The notes: a model not told the origin generated them from the letters alone. DNA of 64,000 bases from Candidatus Krumholzibacteriota bacterium (GCA_041309605.1 JBFYZH010000036.1:23568-87567), one strand, 5' to 3'. Positions 9,587-22,276 are shown, counted from the stretch's first letter. Numbers and translations: made by a program.

Positions 9587-10267
9587 GTGAAAAGTAAGCC
9601 TGAATCGTCGATCGAGATCCTGAGGTCCAAGGGGTACCTGAGGGGTTTTGAGAATATCGGGGATAACGAACTTCTGGCTCTGGTCATGGGACGCCTGCCA
9701 TCCGTCTCGAGCGCCTCGCTGGCGCAGGAGATCGTCGACGTCTACGGCGGTCTCGACGGTGTGGGCGGCGCGGGGCTGGAGGAACTGATGGATTTCAGGG
9801 GAATCGGAAGAGCCGGAGCCCTGAGGATAATGGCTTCCTTCGAGCTCGGCAGGCGGACCATAGTCGTGCGAAGACAGCGCGAGATAAGGAAGGTCCGGTC
9901 GCCGGAGGATGTGGCCTGGCTGATGATTCCCGAGATGAAGGGGCTCGACAGGGAGCACTTCAAGGCGATACTGCTCAACACCAAGAACGGCATCCTGAAG
10001 ATAGTGACGGTGGCGATCGGTTCTCTCAACGCCGCTCTCGTTCATCCGCGGGAGATATTCAAGGCGGCGGTGGCGGCGAGCGCCGCAGGGCTGATAATAG
10101 TCCATAATCATCCGACCGGCAATCCCGAACCGAGCCGGGAGGATAAGGATCTTACCGAGCGTTTTGCCCGGTGCGGCGATCTGATGGGGATCGACCTCGT
10201 CGATCATATTATCGTCGGCGATGACAGTTATGTCAGCATGAGGGAGCGGGGACTTGTAAATGTCTGA
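9587..10267 (+). CDS. radC: RadC-like JAB domain protein (UPF0758)
   Basis: GTG start. N-terminal HhH-like region and JAMM motif HNHPTGNPEPSREDKDLT. Conserved position immediately upstream of mreB. Confidence 0.85.
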   Translation: MKSKPESSIEILRSKGYLRGFENIGDNELLALVMGRLPSVSSASLAQEIVDVYGGLDGVGGAGLEELMDFRGIGRAGALRIMASFELGRRTIVVRRQREIRKVRSPEDVAWLMIPEMKGLDREHFKAILLNTKNGILKIVTVAIGSLNAALVHPREIFKAAVAASAAGLIIVHNHPTGNPEPSREDKDLTERFARCGDLMGIDLVDHIIVGDDSYVSMRERGLVNV

Positions 10268-10282
10268 AAGGATGGGAAGGCC

Positions 10283-11317
10283 TTGCTAGGGCGGTTTTCA
10301 AACTATTTGTCGAATGATATCGCGATCGATCTCGGAACGGCGAATACACTCGTTTACATCAAGGGAAGCGGGATCGTTCTGAACGAACCTTCCGTGGTCG
10401 CCGTCGATCAGAAAACCAAAAAGGTATACGCCGTAGGCCATGAAGCGAAGGCGATGCTCGGCAAGACGCCGGACCATATCGTCGCCATAAGGCCGATGAA
10501 GGACGGCGTGATCGCCGATTTCGAAATAACGGAGGTCATGCTAAGAGAGTTCATAAGGAAATCGCAGAAGAAAAGATTTTTCATACGGCCGAGGATCGTC
10601 ATCAGCGTCCCCTCGGGGATAACCGAAGTGGAGCGAAGGGCGGTCATCGATTCCGCCCAGAACGCGGGTGCCAGAGAGGTCTACCTGGTGGCCGAGCCGA
10701 TCGCCGCGGCGATAGGAGTGGGCCTGCCCGTTGACAAGCCCTCGGGCAACATGGTCATCGATATCGGCGGAGGTACGACCGAGATCGCCGTAATAGCCCT
10801 GAACGGCATCGTGACCGACATCTCGATCAGGGTCGGCGGGGACAAGATGGACGAAGTGATTGTGCAGCATATAAAGAAGGCGTACAACCTTCTGATCGGC
10901 GACCAGACGGCCGAACAGGTGAAGATGGGCATAGGGTCGGCCACGAATCTGGGACAGGAACGGGAGATGGAGATCAAGGGACGCGACCTCGTCTCCGGTA
11001 TTCCCAAGACCCTCAGGATCTCCAGCGTGGAGATCCGCGAAGCGCTGGCCGAACCGATGAGCCAGATCGTCGCCGCCCTGAAAACGGCCCTTGAACAGAC
11101 GCCCCCTGAACTGGCCGCGGATATAGTGGACAGGGGTATCGTAATGACCGGGGGCGGCTCCCTGCTCGGGGGCATCGATGTCCTGCTGAAGGAAGAGACC
11201 AATCTTCCGATCAACGTTGTCGAGGATCCCCTGACCTGTGTCGTGCTGGGGACCGGAAAGATCCTGGGGAATCTTCACGTGTACGAACGGATCATAATGA
11301 AGAGCACCCGGTTGTAA
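10283..11317 (+). CDS. mreB: Rod shape-determining protein MreB
   Basis: TTG start. Actin-like ATPase motifs ([21 protein letters not shown]). Length 344 aa. Confidence 0.9.
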   Translation: MLGRFSNYLSNDIAIDLGTANTLVYIKGSGIVLNEPSVVAVDQKTKKVYAVGHEAKAMLGKTPDHIVAIRPMKDGVIADFEITEVMLREFIRKSQKKRFFIRPRIVISVPSGITEVERRAVIDSAQNAGAREVYLVAEPIAAAIGVGLPVDKPSGNMVIDIGGGTTEIAVIALNGIVTDISIRVGGDKMDEVIVQHIKKAYNLLIGDQTAEQVKMGIGSATNLGQEREMEIKGRDLVSGIPKTLRISSVEIREALAEPMSQIVAALKTALEQTPPELAADIVDRGIVMTGGGSLLGGIDVLLKEETNLPINVVEDPLTCVVLGTGKILGNLHVYERIIMKSTRL

Positions 11318-11319
11318 AG

Positions 11320-12165
11320 ATGCACATTATTTCCTTCCTGTTTGAAAAACATCTGGACAAGACGGTACTCGCTGTCGCGGTGGCGCTTTCGATACTTATG
11401 CTCACAGGCGACGAGGGAGGTAAGATCGGATCGGCCAGGGCGATCAGTTCATTTCTCCTTTACCCGGTCGACAGGGCCAGAAGTTATTTCGTCAGCGTGG
11501 ACCGGTTGAGGGAGGAAAACAGGACGCTGCGGGAGGTCGCCGTTTCGCTGGTTCACGAAAAGGAGAGACTCTCGCAGTTCATGGAGGAAAGGAACCGGCT
11601 GCGGCAGCTGCTCGGGTTCAGGCAGGATTCTTTTTTCCAGTTTCTTCCCTGCGAGGTGATCGCCAGATCGTCGAACAGGTTCCATCATTCCGTCACGGTG
11701 GACAGGGGGCGCGATTCGGGAGTCAGGGCAGGTATGGCCGTAGTGGGATACCGCGGGCTGGTCGGAAGGGTGGTCCAGGTCTTTCCCACCTCCGCCAGAA
11801 TCCTGCTTCTCAACAATAAATCGGTCTCGGTAAGCTGCCTCGACAAGAGAAGCCGGGTCGTCGGGATGCTCAACTGGGAGAGGGGAGATCTGTTCCGGCT
11901 GGATTACATCGGCAGCGAAGAGGACGTTCAGCAGGGAGACACCCTGATAACGAGCGGGCTCGGCCGCGTCCTCCCGAAGGGATTTCCGGTGGGCACCGTT
12001 TTCGAGGTCGCCGACGACAAGACCGAGCTATCGAGGAAAATCGGCGTTGTCAGCATGTCGGAGCTCAACACCCTCGAAGAGCTGTTCATAGTGGTCGGAG
12101 GCCGGGACTGGAACAGTCGCGAGATCCTCGACAGGATAGGAAATATCGAAGAACCGCAGGAGTGA
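11320..12165 (+). CDS. mreC: Rod shape-determining protein MreC
   Basis: Follows mreB. N-terminal TM plus coiled-coil, then beta-rich C-terminal domain. 281 aa. Confidence 0.8.
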   Translation: MHIISFLFEKHLDKTVLAVAVALSILMLTGDEGGKIGSARAISSFLLYPVDRARSYFVSVDRLREENRTLREVAVSLVHEKERLSQFMEERNRLRQLLGFRQDSFFQFLPCEVIARSSNRFHHSVTVDRGRDSGVRAGMAVVGYRGLVGRVVQVFPTSARILLLNNKSVSVSCLDKRSRVVGMLNWERGDLFRLDYIGSEEDVQQGDTLITSGLGRVLPKGFPVGTVFEVADDKTELSRKIGVVSMSELNTLEELFIVVGGRDWNSREILDRIGNIEEPQE

Positions 12166-12174
12166 AAACCGGCA

Positions 12175-12672
12175 ATGTATCTACTTCGCATCGTCGCGGC
12201 GTCGTTCATCGTCTTCGTTCTGCAGGCCACCTTCGTGCACCGGATATACGTGGGCGGCGCGGCCCCGGATCTCGTACTCGTCCTTCTGGCCGTGCTGGTT
12301 CTCGACAGGAAACCGCTGGTCGCCGTGATCACGGGCTTTCTGCTCGGGTTTTTGCAGGACCTGGGGAACGCCTCGTACCTGGGGATGAACGCGCTCGCGA
12401 AATCGCTTCTCGGGTACGGGATATCGCGATTCGCTTCCGGTTATTTTCCGGACAGCGCGCTTTTCAGGGGGCTCATGCTTTTTATCGCCGCGATCGCGAG
12501 CGACATCATCATTCTGAACATCACAGCCTCCTTCAATCCTGCCGGCGTGCTGTTGTCGTTTTTCAGGTACTCTCTGCTTTCGGCGTTATATACCGCGGTC
12601 ACGGGAGTGGCGGTGTTCGCGGTGCTCGGGCTTATGCCTGGAAGGGTGGTGCGGCCAGGTGGCGGGTATTGA
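12175..12672 (+). CDS. mreD: Rod shape-determining protein MreD
   Basis: 165-aa polytopic membrane protein directly downstream of mreC. Overlaps the mrdA start by 14 nt. Confidence 0.75.
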   Translation: MYLLRIVAASFIVFVLQATFVHRIYVGGAAPDLVLVLLAVLVLDRKPLVAVITGFLLGFLQDLGNASYLGMNALAKSLLGYGISRFASGYFPDSALFRGLMLFIAAIASDIIILNITASFNPAGVLLSFFRYSLLSALYTAVTGVAVFAVLGLMPGRVVRPGGGY

Positions 12673-14572
12673 TTTCCAGAATGAATTCATACTGGATCAC
12701 AAGAGAAGGATCCTGCTTCTGATCGTTGTCGGCGTTGCTGCGATAATAATGCTGAGGCTGTTCTACCTGCAGATAGTGCGGAGCGGTTATTACCACAAGC
12801 TCGCCATTTCCAACATGATCCAGAGAGAGCGCATAATCGCTCCCAGGGGGCTTATCAGGTCCTCGGACGGTTCGAAACTCGTCGTCAACGTTCCCGCCTA
12901 TCAGATCAATATTCTCCCCGGGAGGATACGCGGACGGGAGGACCGGCTTGCCCTGGCCTGTGAATGGCTCGACATCGGAAAGGAAAAACTTTTCAGCAGC
13001 CTGGAGGAATGGAACAGGAAATATCCCGACGGCAGGGAGATGACCGTCGTGCAGACCGCCGAAAAGGAGCAGATATCGATATTGATCGAGAACAAATCGC
13101 TGTTCCCCTTTTTCCGGCTGTTAATGAAACACAGGCGTTATTACCCGGAAGGCGATCTTGCCTCCCACGTTCTCGGATACGTGGGCGAAGTGACCGACGA
13201 GGACCTGCGAAAACGCGATGATCTCCATGCCGGCGCGCTGGTCGGGCGTACCGGGATCGAATCGATGTACGAAAAATATCTCAAGGGCGAGGATGGCGTG
13301 AAAATAGTGGAGGTGAGCGCCGAGGGCACCAGGATAGGCGAATTCGAGGGATTGGCCGACAACCTGGGCATGGAAGGATTCGTCGAGTCTCGCCCGCCGG
13401 CGCCGGGCAGCGATCTGTATCTCACGATAGACATCGCTTTTCAGAGAGCCATGGAAAAAGAATTCGACTGGGACAAGGGATCCGTGATAGCGCTGGATCC
13501 ATATACCGGCGGAGTCCTGGCGGCCGTCAGCAGGCCTTCGTACGACCCGAACATATTCATGGGAGGCATTACGACGGAGGAATGGGACAGCCTCCACCGG
13601 AACGCCGAAAGACCCATGTTCAACAGAACGGTCCAGGCCACGTATCCGCCCGCGTCTACATTCAAGCTGATGGTCACCTACGCGGCGCTGCACTTCCATG
13701 CCTTGTCGACCACAGAACGGCTCAGGTCGTGCAATGGGGGATACCAGTTCGGAAACAGGTATTTCAGGTGCTGGAAACCTGAAGGCCATGGTTCTCTGAA
13801 TCTGTTCGAAGCCATAGTCAATTCGTGCGACGTCTATTTCTACCAGGCCGGACTGAAGCTGGACGCCGACGAGTTCGCCTATGCGGGACGTCTTTTCGGA
13901 TTAGGCCGGCAGACGGGGATCGATCTTCCGAGCGAGGCGAAGGGGACATTGCCCGATCATTCATATCTGGACCGGCGATTCGGGAAGAAAAAGTGGACTA
14001 AGGGACATCTGCTGAACTATTCGATAGGCCAGGGTGAAGTTCTGACGACACCCGTGCAGTTGTGCCAGATGGTGGCGATGATCGCCAACGGCGGTATGCG
14101 CATCAAGCCACACGTGGTCGAGAGGATAGTCGACGCCGACGGGATCGCCGTTTACGAAGGCGGCGGCTCCGCGGTCGATATACCCCAGATCGACGACAAA
14201 ATAATCGCCTTCATACGCCAGGCCATGGAAGGCGTGGTTACAGGCGGCACGGGAAGGGCTAGCGCCGTCCCCGGAGTGAGATCCGCGGGAAAGACAGGGA
14301 CGGCGCAGAATTCGGGAAAGGACCACGCTCTTTTCGTGGCGTACGCCCCCGTCCAGGATCCTCAGATAGCCATCGCCATCGTGATGGAGGGCGCGGGGCA
14401 CGGTGGCGCGATGGCCGCCCCGATGGCCCGGAGGATACTGTCGGCCTGGTTTAATCCGGTCACCGAACCGGTCGAGGATTCCGTGCCGGCCGAGGATGCG
14501 GATGCCGAGCCCGTCACCGCGTGGAACGGCTCCTTCAGTTACCTGTACATGGAAGCGGGCGGGGTCGATTAG
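12659..14572 (+). CDS. mrdA: Penicillin-binding protein 2 (peptidoglycan D,D-transpeptidase MrdA)
   Basis: GTG start. N-terminal TM plus dimerisation domain. Transpeptidase motifs STFK, SCN and KTGT (AGKTGTAQ). Confidence 0.85.
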   Translation: MAGIDFQNEFILDHKRRILLLIVVGVAAIIMLRLFYLQIVRSGYYHKLAISNMIQRERIIAPRGLIRSSDGSKLVVNVPAYQINILPGRIRGREDRLALACEWLDIGKEKLFSSLEEWNRKYPDGREMTVVQTAEKEQISILIENKSLFPFFRLLMKHRRYYPEGDLASHVLGYVGEVTDEDLRKRDDLHAGALVGRTGIESMYEKYLKGEDGVKIVEVSAEGTRIGEFEGLADNLGMEGFVESRPPAPGSDLYLTIDIAFQRAMEKEFDWDKGSVIALDPYTGGVLAAVSRPSYDPNIFMGGITTEEWDSLHRNAERPMFNRTVQATYPPASTFKLMVTYAALHFHALSTTERLRSCNGGYQFGNRYFRCWKPEGHGSLNLFEAIVNSCDVYFYQAGLKLDADEFAYAGRLFGLGRQTGIDLPSEAKGTLPDHSYLDRRFGKKKWTKGHLLNYSIGQGEVLTTPVQLCQMVAMIANGGMRIKPHVVERIVDADGIAVYEGGGSAVDIPQIDDKIIAFIRQAMEGVVTGGTGRASAVPGVRSAGKTGTAQNSGKDHALFVAYAPVQDPQIAIAIVMEGAGHGGAMAAPMARRILSAWFNPVTEPVEDSVPAEDADAEPVTAWNGSFSYLYMEAGGVD

Positions 14573-14627
14573 GCACGGGATAATCGAAACCGATCGCAGG
14601 CTTTGTCCGGCGCGGGAAAGGAAAATA

Positions 14628-15896
14628 TTGGCCGAAAGAAACATAAGGAACCTCGAATGGGCCATACTTATACCGGCCGTTCTGCTTATGATCATCGGGC
14701 TGGTGAACCTCTATTCGGTGGGACATGTGCCCTCTGAACTCCAGGAGACATTCCGGCAGGGCAGCAGCGCTTTTTTCTACAAACAGCTGATGTGGTGCGT
14801 CGCGGGCCTCGTTCTGATGGGAGTCGCCTTCATGATCCCCTTCAGGTATTTCGAAGGTACGGCGGTCGTCTCCTACTGCCTGCTGCTGGTGTTGCTGGGC
14901 GTCGTGCTGTTGTTTGAACCCCTTAAAGGATCGAGCAGGTGGATCGGTTTCGGGCCGTTCAGATTCCAGCCAAGCGAGTTGATGAAAATTGCGATGATAT
15001 TTATTCTGGCGAGGTACCTGTCCGAGAAACGGAACGATCCGAACCGTCCGAAGGTCATCGCCACGGCGATAACCGTGATGGCGCTGCCGTTTCTTCTTAT
15101 CCTGAAACAGCCCGATCTCGGAACGGCGCTGGTGTTTCCGGCGATACTATTCTGCCTGTTGTTCTGGAGGGGCCTCAACGAAGGTCTGCTGATACTGTTT
15201 CTTTCGCCCATTGTGAGCGCGTTTCTGACGATCTACTGCGAAAGCGCCTTCACGAGGGGTTCGTATCCCTATCCGCTGCTCTTTTTCTTTGTCCTGATCC
15301 TGTACCTTGCCTACAGGCGAAGAGACCGTATTCTCGAGAGCGCGATGCTCGTCGTGACGAATCTCGGTATCATGCTCGTGGTGCCGGCCCTGATCAACAT
15401 GCTCAAACCTTACCAGCAGAAAAGGATATTGGCTTTTCTGCGCCCTGAATCCGATATCCTCGGCATGGGATGGCAGGTATTCCAGTCCAAGGTGGCGATA
15501 GGGTCGGGTGGATTTTTCGGAAAGGGATTTCTCCAGGGCACCCAGAAGATGTACGCTTTCATCCCGGAAAGACACAGTGATTTCGCCTTTTCCGTATTTT
15601 CCGAGGAGAGGGGCTTCGTCGGTTCCTTCATGGTGCTCTGCCTGTTCACCATTATAATAACCAGGGGATTTTACCTCGCCACGAAGGTGAAAAACCGTTT
15701 TGCGTCCCTTGCGACAATCGGCATTTGTTCCTATTTCGCGTTTCATGTTATCATCAATATCGGGATGACGATAGGGCTGGCCCCCGTCACCGGATTACCC
15801 CTGCCTTTTCTTAGCTACGGTGGGAGTTCCATGCTGGTAACATGTTTTTTCGTAGGAGTTCTGCTCAATTTCGGATCGAGTTTTTACGAGTACTGA
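14628..15896 (+). CDS. rodA: Peptidoglycan glycosyltransferase RodA (SEDS family)
   Basis: FtsW/RodA/SpoVE family with 10 TM segments. Proposed TTG start at 14628, just after the mrdA stop (ERNIRNLEWAILIPAVLLMIIGLVNLYSV). The tracked ORF start at 14403 overlaps mrdA and is probably an in-frame extension. Confidence 0.75.
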   Translation: MAERNIRNLEWAILIPAVLLMIIGLVNLYSVGHVPSELQETFRQGSSAFFYKQLMWCVAGLVLMGVAFMIPFRYFEGTAVVSYCLLLVLLGVVLLFEPLKGSSRWIGFGPFRFQPSELMKIAMIFILARYLSEKRNDPNRPKVIATAITVMALPFLLILKQPDLGTALVFPAILFCLLFWRGLNEGLLILFLSPIVSAFLTIYCESAFTRGSYPYPLLFFFVLILYLAYRRRDRILESAMLVVTNLGIMLVVPALINMLKPYQQKRILAFLRPESDILGMGWQVFQSKVAIGSGGFFGKGFLQGTQKMYAFIPERHSDFAFSVFSEERGFVGSFMVLCLFTIIITRGFYLATKVKNRFASLATIGICSYFAFHVIINIGMTIGLAPVTGLPLPFLSYGGSSMLVTCFFVGVLLNFGSSFYEY

Positions 15897-15909
15897 GGAG
15901 GTCTCTGGT

Positions 15910-17238
15910 TTGGATGACAGGATCGCGCGGGTCCTGGCCCTGGCCGCCGCCGCCGGATATGAATGCGAAGCATTCTGCGAGTCCGGCGAACGGTTTCAGG
16001 TGGAAGTGTACAAGGGCAAGGTCGAATCGATAGACAGATCGAAGGATGAAGGCGTCGGTATCCGTCTTTTGAGGGACGGCAGGATGGGGCACTCATTCTC
16101 CAACGAATCCGGTCCCGGGGGAATGGATTCGTTATTCGAGGAAGCAAGGCTGAACGCTGAAGTCAGCACTCCGCTCGACGTGGATATACTCGGTTCCGAT
16201 ACGGGGTTTCCCGCCGGGGAGGAGACTTTCGCGGAGGTGGAAACGGCGGGTGATCCGGACGCGAGGATAAAAAGCGTCATGGAAATGGAGAGGGCTGCGT
16301 TCGACTTCGACGGTTCCATCGAAAATACCGAGGGAGCGGGGTATTCGGAGGTTTCGGGCGAGGTTCGCATAGCTAGTACCAGGGGTTTCTATAGAAGGGA
16401 AAGAAGAAGGCGCTGTTCATGTACCCTCGCGGCGGTGGCAAGGCGTGGGGACGAGATAAGGAGCGGCTGGTATTATTCCCAGGCCCGCGATGTAGGCATG
16501 CTCGATTTCCGCGGGACCGGAATGGAAGCGGCGCGGCGCGCTTTGTCCGCGCTTGGCAGCAGCCCGATACCTACCGGCAGGTATCCGGTGGTTTTCGACG
16601 CGACGGCGTTCATCGACATCGTCTACCTCCTGGAGCAGGCCCTCTCCGGTGAAATGGTCGTGAAAGGCACCACGGTTTTTGCAGGCAGGGTCGGCGAAAA
16701 AATTGCGGCCGGCATGGTCACCCTGGTCGACGATCCTTTCCTCGGGAAGGGATGCTTCAACTCACGGTTCGACGACGAGGGGGTCCCCAGGGAAAGATAC
16801 GTGCTGATAGACCGTGGCACGCTCAACGGTTTTCTACATAACACCTGGTCGGCGGCGAAGACCCGATCGAGGGTCACGGCTAACGCCGTAAGGGAGTCTT
16901 ACAAGGAGCTTCCCGTTCCGGGGCCTTCCAATCTTTTCATACTTCCCGGTAACGGGAGCATCGAAAATCTGATGGCGGAAGCATCCGGCGGCATATACGT
17001 GCAGAACATCATGGGAATGCATACGGCCGATCCGATCTCCGGCGATTTCTCGGTGGGCATAAACGGGCTCTGCATCGAATCGGGCCTGACCGGGAAGGCG
17101 TTCTCGGAGATGACGATAAGCGGGAATATCCTGGATCTTCTGGCCCATATCAGAAATGTCGGCAGTGAAATCGTTTTCATCGGACCTTACGGGTCGCCGC
17201 CGGTACTGATCGACGGCATGAGCGTCAGCGGCATCTAG
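15910..17238 (+). CDS. TldD/PmbA family metallopeptidase
   Basis: 442 aa with TTG start and RBS GAGGAGG. PmbA_TldD family similarity throughout, including a C-terminal Gly-rich region. Confidence 0.75.
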   Translation: MDDRIARVLALAAAAGYECEAFCESGERFQVEVYKGKVESIDRSKDEGVGIRLLRDGRMGHSFSNESGPGGMDSLFEEARLNAEVSTPLDVDILGSDTGFPAGEETFAEVETAGDPDARIKSVMEMERAAFDFDGSIENTEGAGYSEVSGEVRIASTRGFYRRERRRRCSCTLAAVARRGDEIRSGWYYSQARDVGMLDFRGTGMEAARRALSALGSSPIPTGRYPVVFDATAFIDIVYLLEQALSGEMVVKGTTVFAGRVGEKIAAGMVTLVDDPFLGKGCFNSRFDDEGVPRERYVLIDRGTLNGFLHNTWSAAKTRSRVTANAVRESYKELPVPGPSNLFILPGNGSIENLMAEASGGIYVQNIMGMHTADPISGDFSVGINGLCIESGLTGKAFSEMTISGNILDLLAHIRNVGSEIVFIGPYGSPPVLIDGMSVSGI

Positions 17239-17246
17239 GAGGAGTT

Positions 17247-18056
17247 ATGCATCCGATATTGATCGAGATCGGAAATTTCAGGATATATTCCTACGGGTTC
17301 ATGCTTGCCCTGAGTTTCTTCCTGGGTATTCTTCTGGCGGCGAGAAGGGCAAAACAGCGCGGATTCGATCCCGACCTGATATACGACCTCAGCATCATTC
17401 TGATCATCTCCGCGGTGGTCGGTTCGAGGGGGTTGTATATATTGACTCACAGGGACCATTTCAGGAATTTCGTCGATATGATAGCCCTGTGGCAGGGCGG
17501 CGCCACACTGTACGGCGGGCTCATCCTGGCCGTGGCGGGCGCGTTCGTCTATCTAAGAAGAAAGAATCTTCCCTTTCTCAAGGTCGCCGATATCTGCGCG
17601 CTCTCCGTAGCGTCCGGCGAGTTTTTTACGAGGATAGGATGTTTTCTCAGCGGTTGCTGTTTCGGAAATCCCACGCAGTGCGCTCTCGGGCTTGTATACC
17701 CGGCTGGTTCCCCCGCCGGCAACACGCATCCGGGGCTGCATATTCATCCCACCCAGATTTATATGTCGTTTTACGGCCTGTTGATCTTTCTCATTCTCGT
17801 CCTTCTGGAAAAGAGGAAACGGTACGACGGGTTTTTGTTCGGGGCGCTGCTTGTGCTCTATGGAACGGCCCGGTTCATCGTGGACAGGTTCCGGTATTAC
17901 GAGGATTTCGCGCGGGTATTCGGAAACCTCATCGATAACCAGCTTATCAGCATTGCGCTGGTTGCGGGAGGCCTTGTCCTGATCGTCGCGGGATGGAGAA
18001 GGGATTCCCGGATGAAGGGGCGGGCGGCTGTCGACAAGTCCGGCGGCGGCGCCTGA
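17247..18056 (+). CDS. lgt: Prolipoprotein diacylglyceryl transferase
   Basis: N-terminus MHPILIEIGNFRIYSYGFMLALSFFLG is typical of Lgt. Polytopic membrane protein, 269 aa. Confidence 0.85.
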   Translation: MHPILIEIGNFRIYSYGFMLALSFFLGILLAARRAKQRGFDPDLIYDLSIILIISAVVGSRGLYILTHRDHFRNFVDMIALWQGGATLYGGLILAVAGAFVYLRRKNLPFLKVADICALSVASGEFFTRIGCFLSGCCFGNPTQCALGLVYPAGSPAGNTHPGLHIHPTQIYMSFYGLLIFLILVLLEKRKRYDGFLFGALLVLYGTARFIVDRFRYYEDFARVFGNLIDNQLISIALVAGGLVLIVAGWRRDSRMKGRAAVDKSGGGA

Positions 18057-18142
18057 ATCAGGGGCGGGTTGCCCCGGTTGTTTTCAACGGAGCCCGGGGC
18101 GGACCGAGGCCGCGGGAGGTGTGGTGGAGGAGGTGCGGCGGC

Positions 18143-18913
18143 ATGTTTTCGTTTGTCGCGGATCTGTTGTTTCCGGGTGTCTGCCTGACTTGTGATAACG
18201 GGCTTTCGGCTCCGGAGGGAAATTCCTTCAGGGTCCTGCCGGGAGGATGGCCGCCGGGGACGCCGGTCTTTTTTCAGACGGATTTTTTTCATCCCGTTCT
18301 GGGACCGCTGAAGGTTCCCGCGAGGTTGCTGTGCGCCGATTGCTGGCTATCCCTGGTTCCGGCGGAAAAGGAATACAGGCTGAGGGGCTGTCCATCGATA
18401 CCTGTCCTCTCCCCGTTCATCACGAACCCCGTTCTTCTCGAAGTCATCAGGTTTCTCAAGTTTCGAAATGGCAGATCGTCGGTTCATTCCCTGTCCTGGT
18501 GGCTCGCGCTGTCTCTGGAACGGCATCTTGAAACAAACCCGCATGCAGGGCCCGGGGATCTGACGCTTGTGCCCGTACCCCTTTCCCGGTCGAGGCTGGC
18601 GGCCCGGGGTTATAACCAGGCCGGGCTTCTTGCCGGTCAAACCGCCCGGATTCTGTGCCTTCGGTATTCTACGGATACCCTAAGGAGGACAAGAAATACC
18701 AGGCCGCAGTCGAAGCTGGATCGCCTTGAAAGGATGACGAACGTGCGGGGAGCCTTCGCCGCCGAACCGGATGCGGTCGAGGGGAAAAAGATCGTGGTCG
18801 TCGACGACCTTCTTACAACGGGTGAAACCATGCTTGCCTGTATAAATGCGTTACAGGTTTGCCGGCCCTTGTCGATAATGGCGTTGACGGTGGGAAGAGG
18901 TGCGGATCGTTGA
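18143..18913 (+). CDS. ComF-family protein (double zinc-ribbon + phosphoribosyltransferase domain)
   Basis: N-terminal Cys-rich region (CLTCDN...CADCW) and PRTase motif VVVDDLLTTGETM. ATG at 18143; the tracked 17993 start overlaps lgt. Confidence 0.65.
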   Translation: MFSFVADLLFPGVCLTCDNGLSAPEGNSFRVLPGGWPPGTPVFFQTDFFHPVLGPLKVPARLLCADCWLSLVPAEKEYRLRGCPSIPVLSPFITNPVLLEVIRFLKFRNGRSSVHSLSWWLALSLERHLETNPHAGPGDLTLVPVPLSRSRLAARGYNQAGLLAGQTARILCLRYSTDTLRRTRNTRPQSKLDRLERMTNVRGAFAAEPDAVEGKKIVVVDDLLTTGETMLACINALQVCRPLSIMALTVGRGADR

Positions 18914-18971
18914 AACCGGTGCTTACAGGCCGGGGGTGTCCGGAATTCCGCGTCAATTTTAAATTAATTTG

Positions 18972-19001
18972 TTGAAGCATGACGCCATGCTGTGTTTAAA
19001 T
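18972..19001 (+). promoter_or_regulatory. Candidate sigma70-type promoter of the glycolytic block
   Basis: TTGAAG, then an 18-nt spacer, then TGtTTAAAT (extended -10 like). Located ~40 nt upstream of the fba start, in a 126-bp AT-rich intergenic gap. Confidence 0.3.
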
Positions 19002-19039
19002 CAAGCCGGTATTGATGTTACCCCCGGGAGGGATGAAAA

Positions 19040-21005
<1,966 letters not shown>

Positions 21006-21042
21006 CCCGCCGCGGTCAGGCGGGTATTGCAGGGAGGATAGA

Positions 21043-22272
21043 TTGAGGAAAAAAACGCTCAGGGACATCGATCTCAAGGGACGCAGGGTTCTTATGAGGG
21101 TCGATTTCAACGTTCCTCTTTCGAAGGAAGGCGACGTAACCGACGATACGAGGATCAAGGCCGCCCTGCCGAGTATCGAGTATGCCATCGGCCAGGGTGC
21201 CTCGATCGTGCTCATGTCGCATCTCGGGCGCCCAAAAGGCGGGAAAGACGCTTCAAAAAGCCTCAAGGTCGTCGCCTTCCATCTCGGGGAATTGACGTCG
21301 CATCCGGTCAGGTTCGTCGACGACTGTGTCGGCCCCGCGGTTGAAAGCAAGGTTTCCACACTGAGGAGCGGAGAGATACTTCTTCTGGAAAACCTCAGGT
21401 TTTACAAGGAGGAGGAGGCGAACGATCCCGCCTTCGCCGGAAAACTCGCAAAGTACGGGGATGTATACGCCAACGACGCCTTCGGAACGGCCCACAGGGC
21501 TCATGCTTCGACCGAGGGTGTCTGCAGGTTCTTCAAGGACAACGTGGCCGGATTCCTGATGGAAAAGGAACTGACCACGCTGGAGAGACTTCTGGGGGAG
21601 GCGAAGAGGCCGTTTATCGCGGTCCTGGGAGGGGCGAAGGTCTCATCCAAGATAGGCCTGATACAGAATCTTCTCCAACGCGTCGACAGGATCATCATCG
21701 GAGGCGGCATGGCCTTCACATTCTTCAAGGCCGCGGGCCTTGAAATCGGGGAATCCCTTCTCGAAGAGGATTACCTGCCGATGTGCCGCGACATGATGGA
21801 AAAGTCCGGAAAGGGCAAGGAAAAGAGGATATACCTTCCCGTCGATTGCATCGTTACAAGGGATGTAGACAGCTCCACCGGATTCAAGACGGTTTCCACG
21901 GGGGATATCCCCGAGGGCTGGTCCGGAGTCGACATAGGAGAATCGACGATCGAGGTCTTTTCGCGCGAGATCGGCAAAGCTGGCACGATATTCTGGAACG
22001 GGCCGATGGGAATATTCGAAATTCCCGTCTTTTCGAACGGCACGAGGATGATCGCAAGATCTATCGCCGAGGCCACCGACGGGGGAGCTACAAGTGTGGT
22101 CGGAGGCGGCGACAGCGTTGCCGCTCTCAACCAGATGCACCTGGATTCGCGCGTGTCGCACGTCTCGACCGGCGGCGGCGCGTCGCTCGAGCTTCTTGAA
22201 GGCAAGAAGCTGCCGGGAGTCGAGGCGCTCAGCGACAAGGACCTTTCGCAGACGACCGTCGATTCGAGGTGA
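21043..22272 (+). CDS. pgk: Phosphoglycerate kinase
   Basis: TTG start. Motifs RVDFNVPL and the C-terminal GGGAS/GGGD region. 409 aa. Confidence 0.9.
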   Translation: MRKKTLRDIDLKGRRVLMRVDFNVPLSKEGDVTDDTRIKAALPSIEYAIGQGASIVLMSHLGRPKGGKDASKSLKVVAFHLGELTSHPVRFVDDCVGPAVESKVSTLRSGEILLLENLRFYKEEEANDPAFAGKLAKYGDVYANDAFGTAHRAHASTEGVCRFFKDNVAGFLMEKELTTLERLLGEAKRPFIAVLGGAKVSSKIGLIQNLLQRVDRIIIGGGMAFTFFKAAGLEIGESLLEEDYLPMCRDMMEKSGKGKEKRIYLPVDCIVTRDVDSSTGFKTVSTGDIPEGWSGVDIGESTIEVFSREIGKAGTIFWNGPMGIFEIPVFSNGTRMIARSIAEATDGGATSVVGGGDSVAALNQMHLDSRVSHVSTGGGASLELLEGKKLPGVEALSDKDLSQTTVDSR

Positions 22273-22276
22273 CTGG

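Noticed and set aside
9374-10207. 277-aa minus-strand ORF
   Set aside because: Antisense to radC, which has an unambiguous JAMM motif.
10541-11278. 245-aa minus-strand ORF
   Set aside because: Antisense to mreB.
14403-14627. Upstream extension of the rodA ORF
   Set aside because: It overlaps the mrdA 3' end by 170 nt and encodes Arg/Pro-rich sequence. A start near 14628 gives a normal RodA N-terminus.
13121-14695. Two minus-strand ORFs (222 aa and 244 aa)
   Set aside because: Antisense to mrdA and the rodA start; the + strand carries SxxK/SxN/KTG motifs.
17993-18142. Upstream extension of the comF ORF
   Set aside because: It overlaps the lgt 3' end. The Cys-ribbon N-terminus begins at the ATG at 18143.
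22094-22276. Upstream extension of the tpiA ORF
   Set aside because: It overlaps the pgk 3' end. ATG at 22277 gives MRKRIVAGNWKMN.
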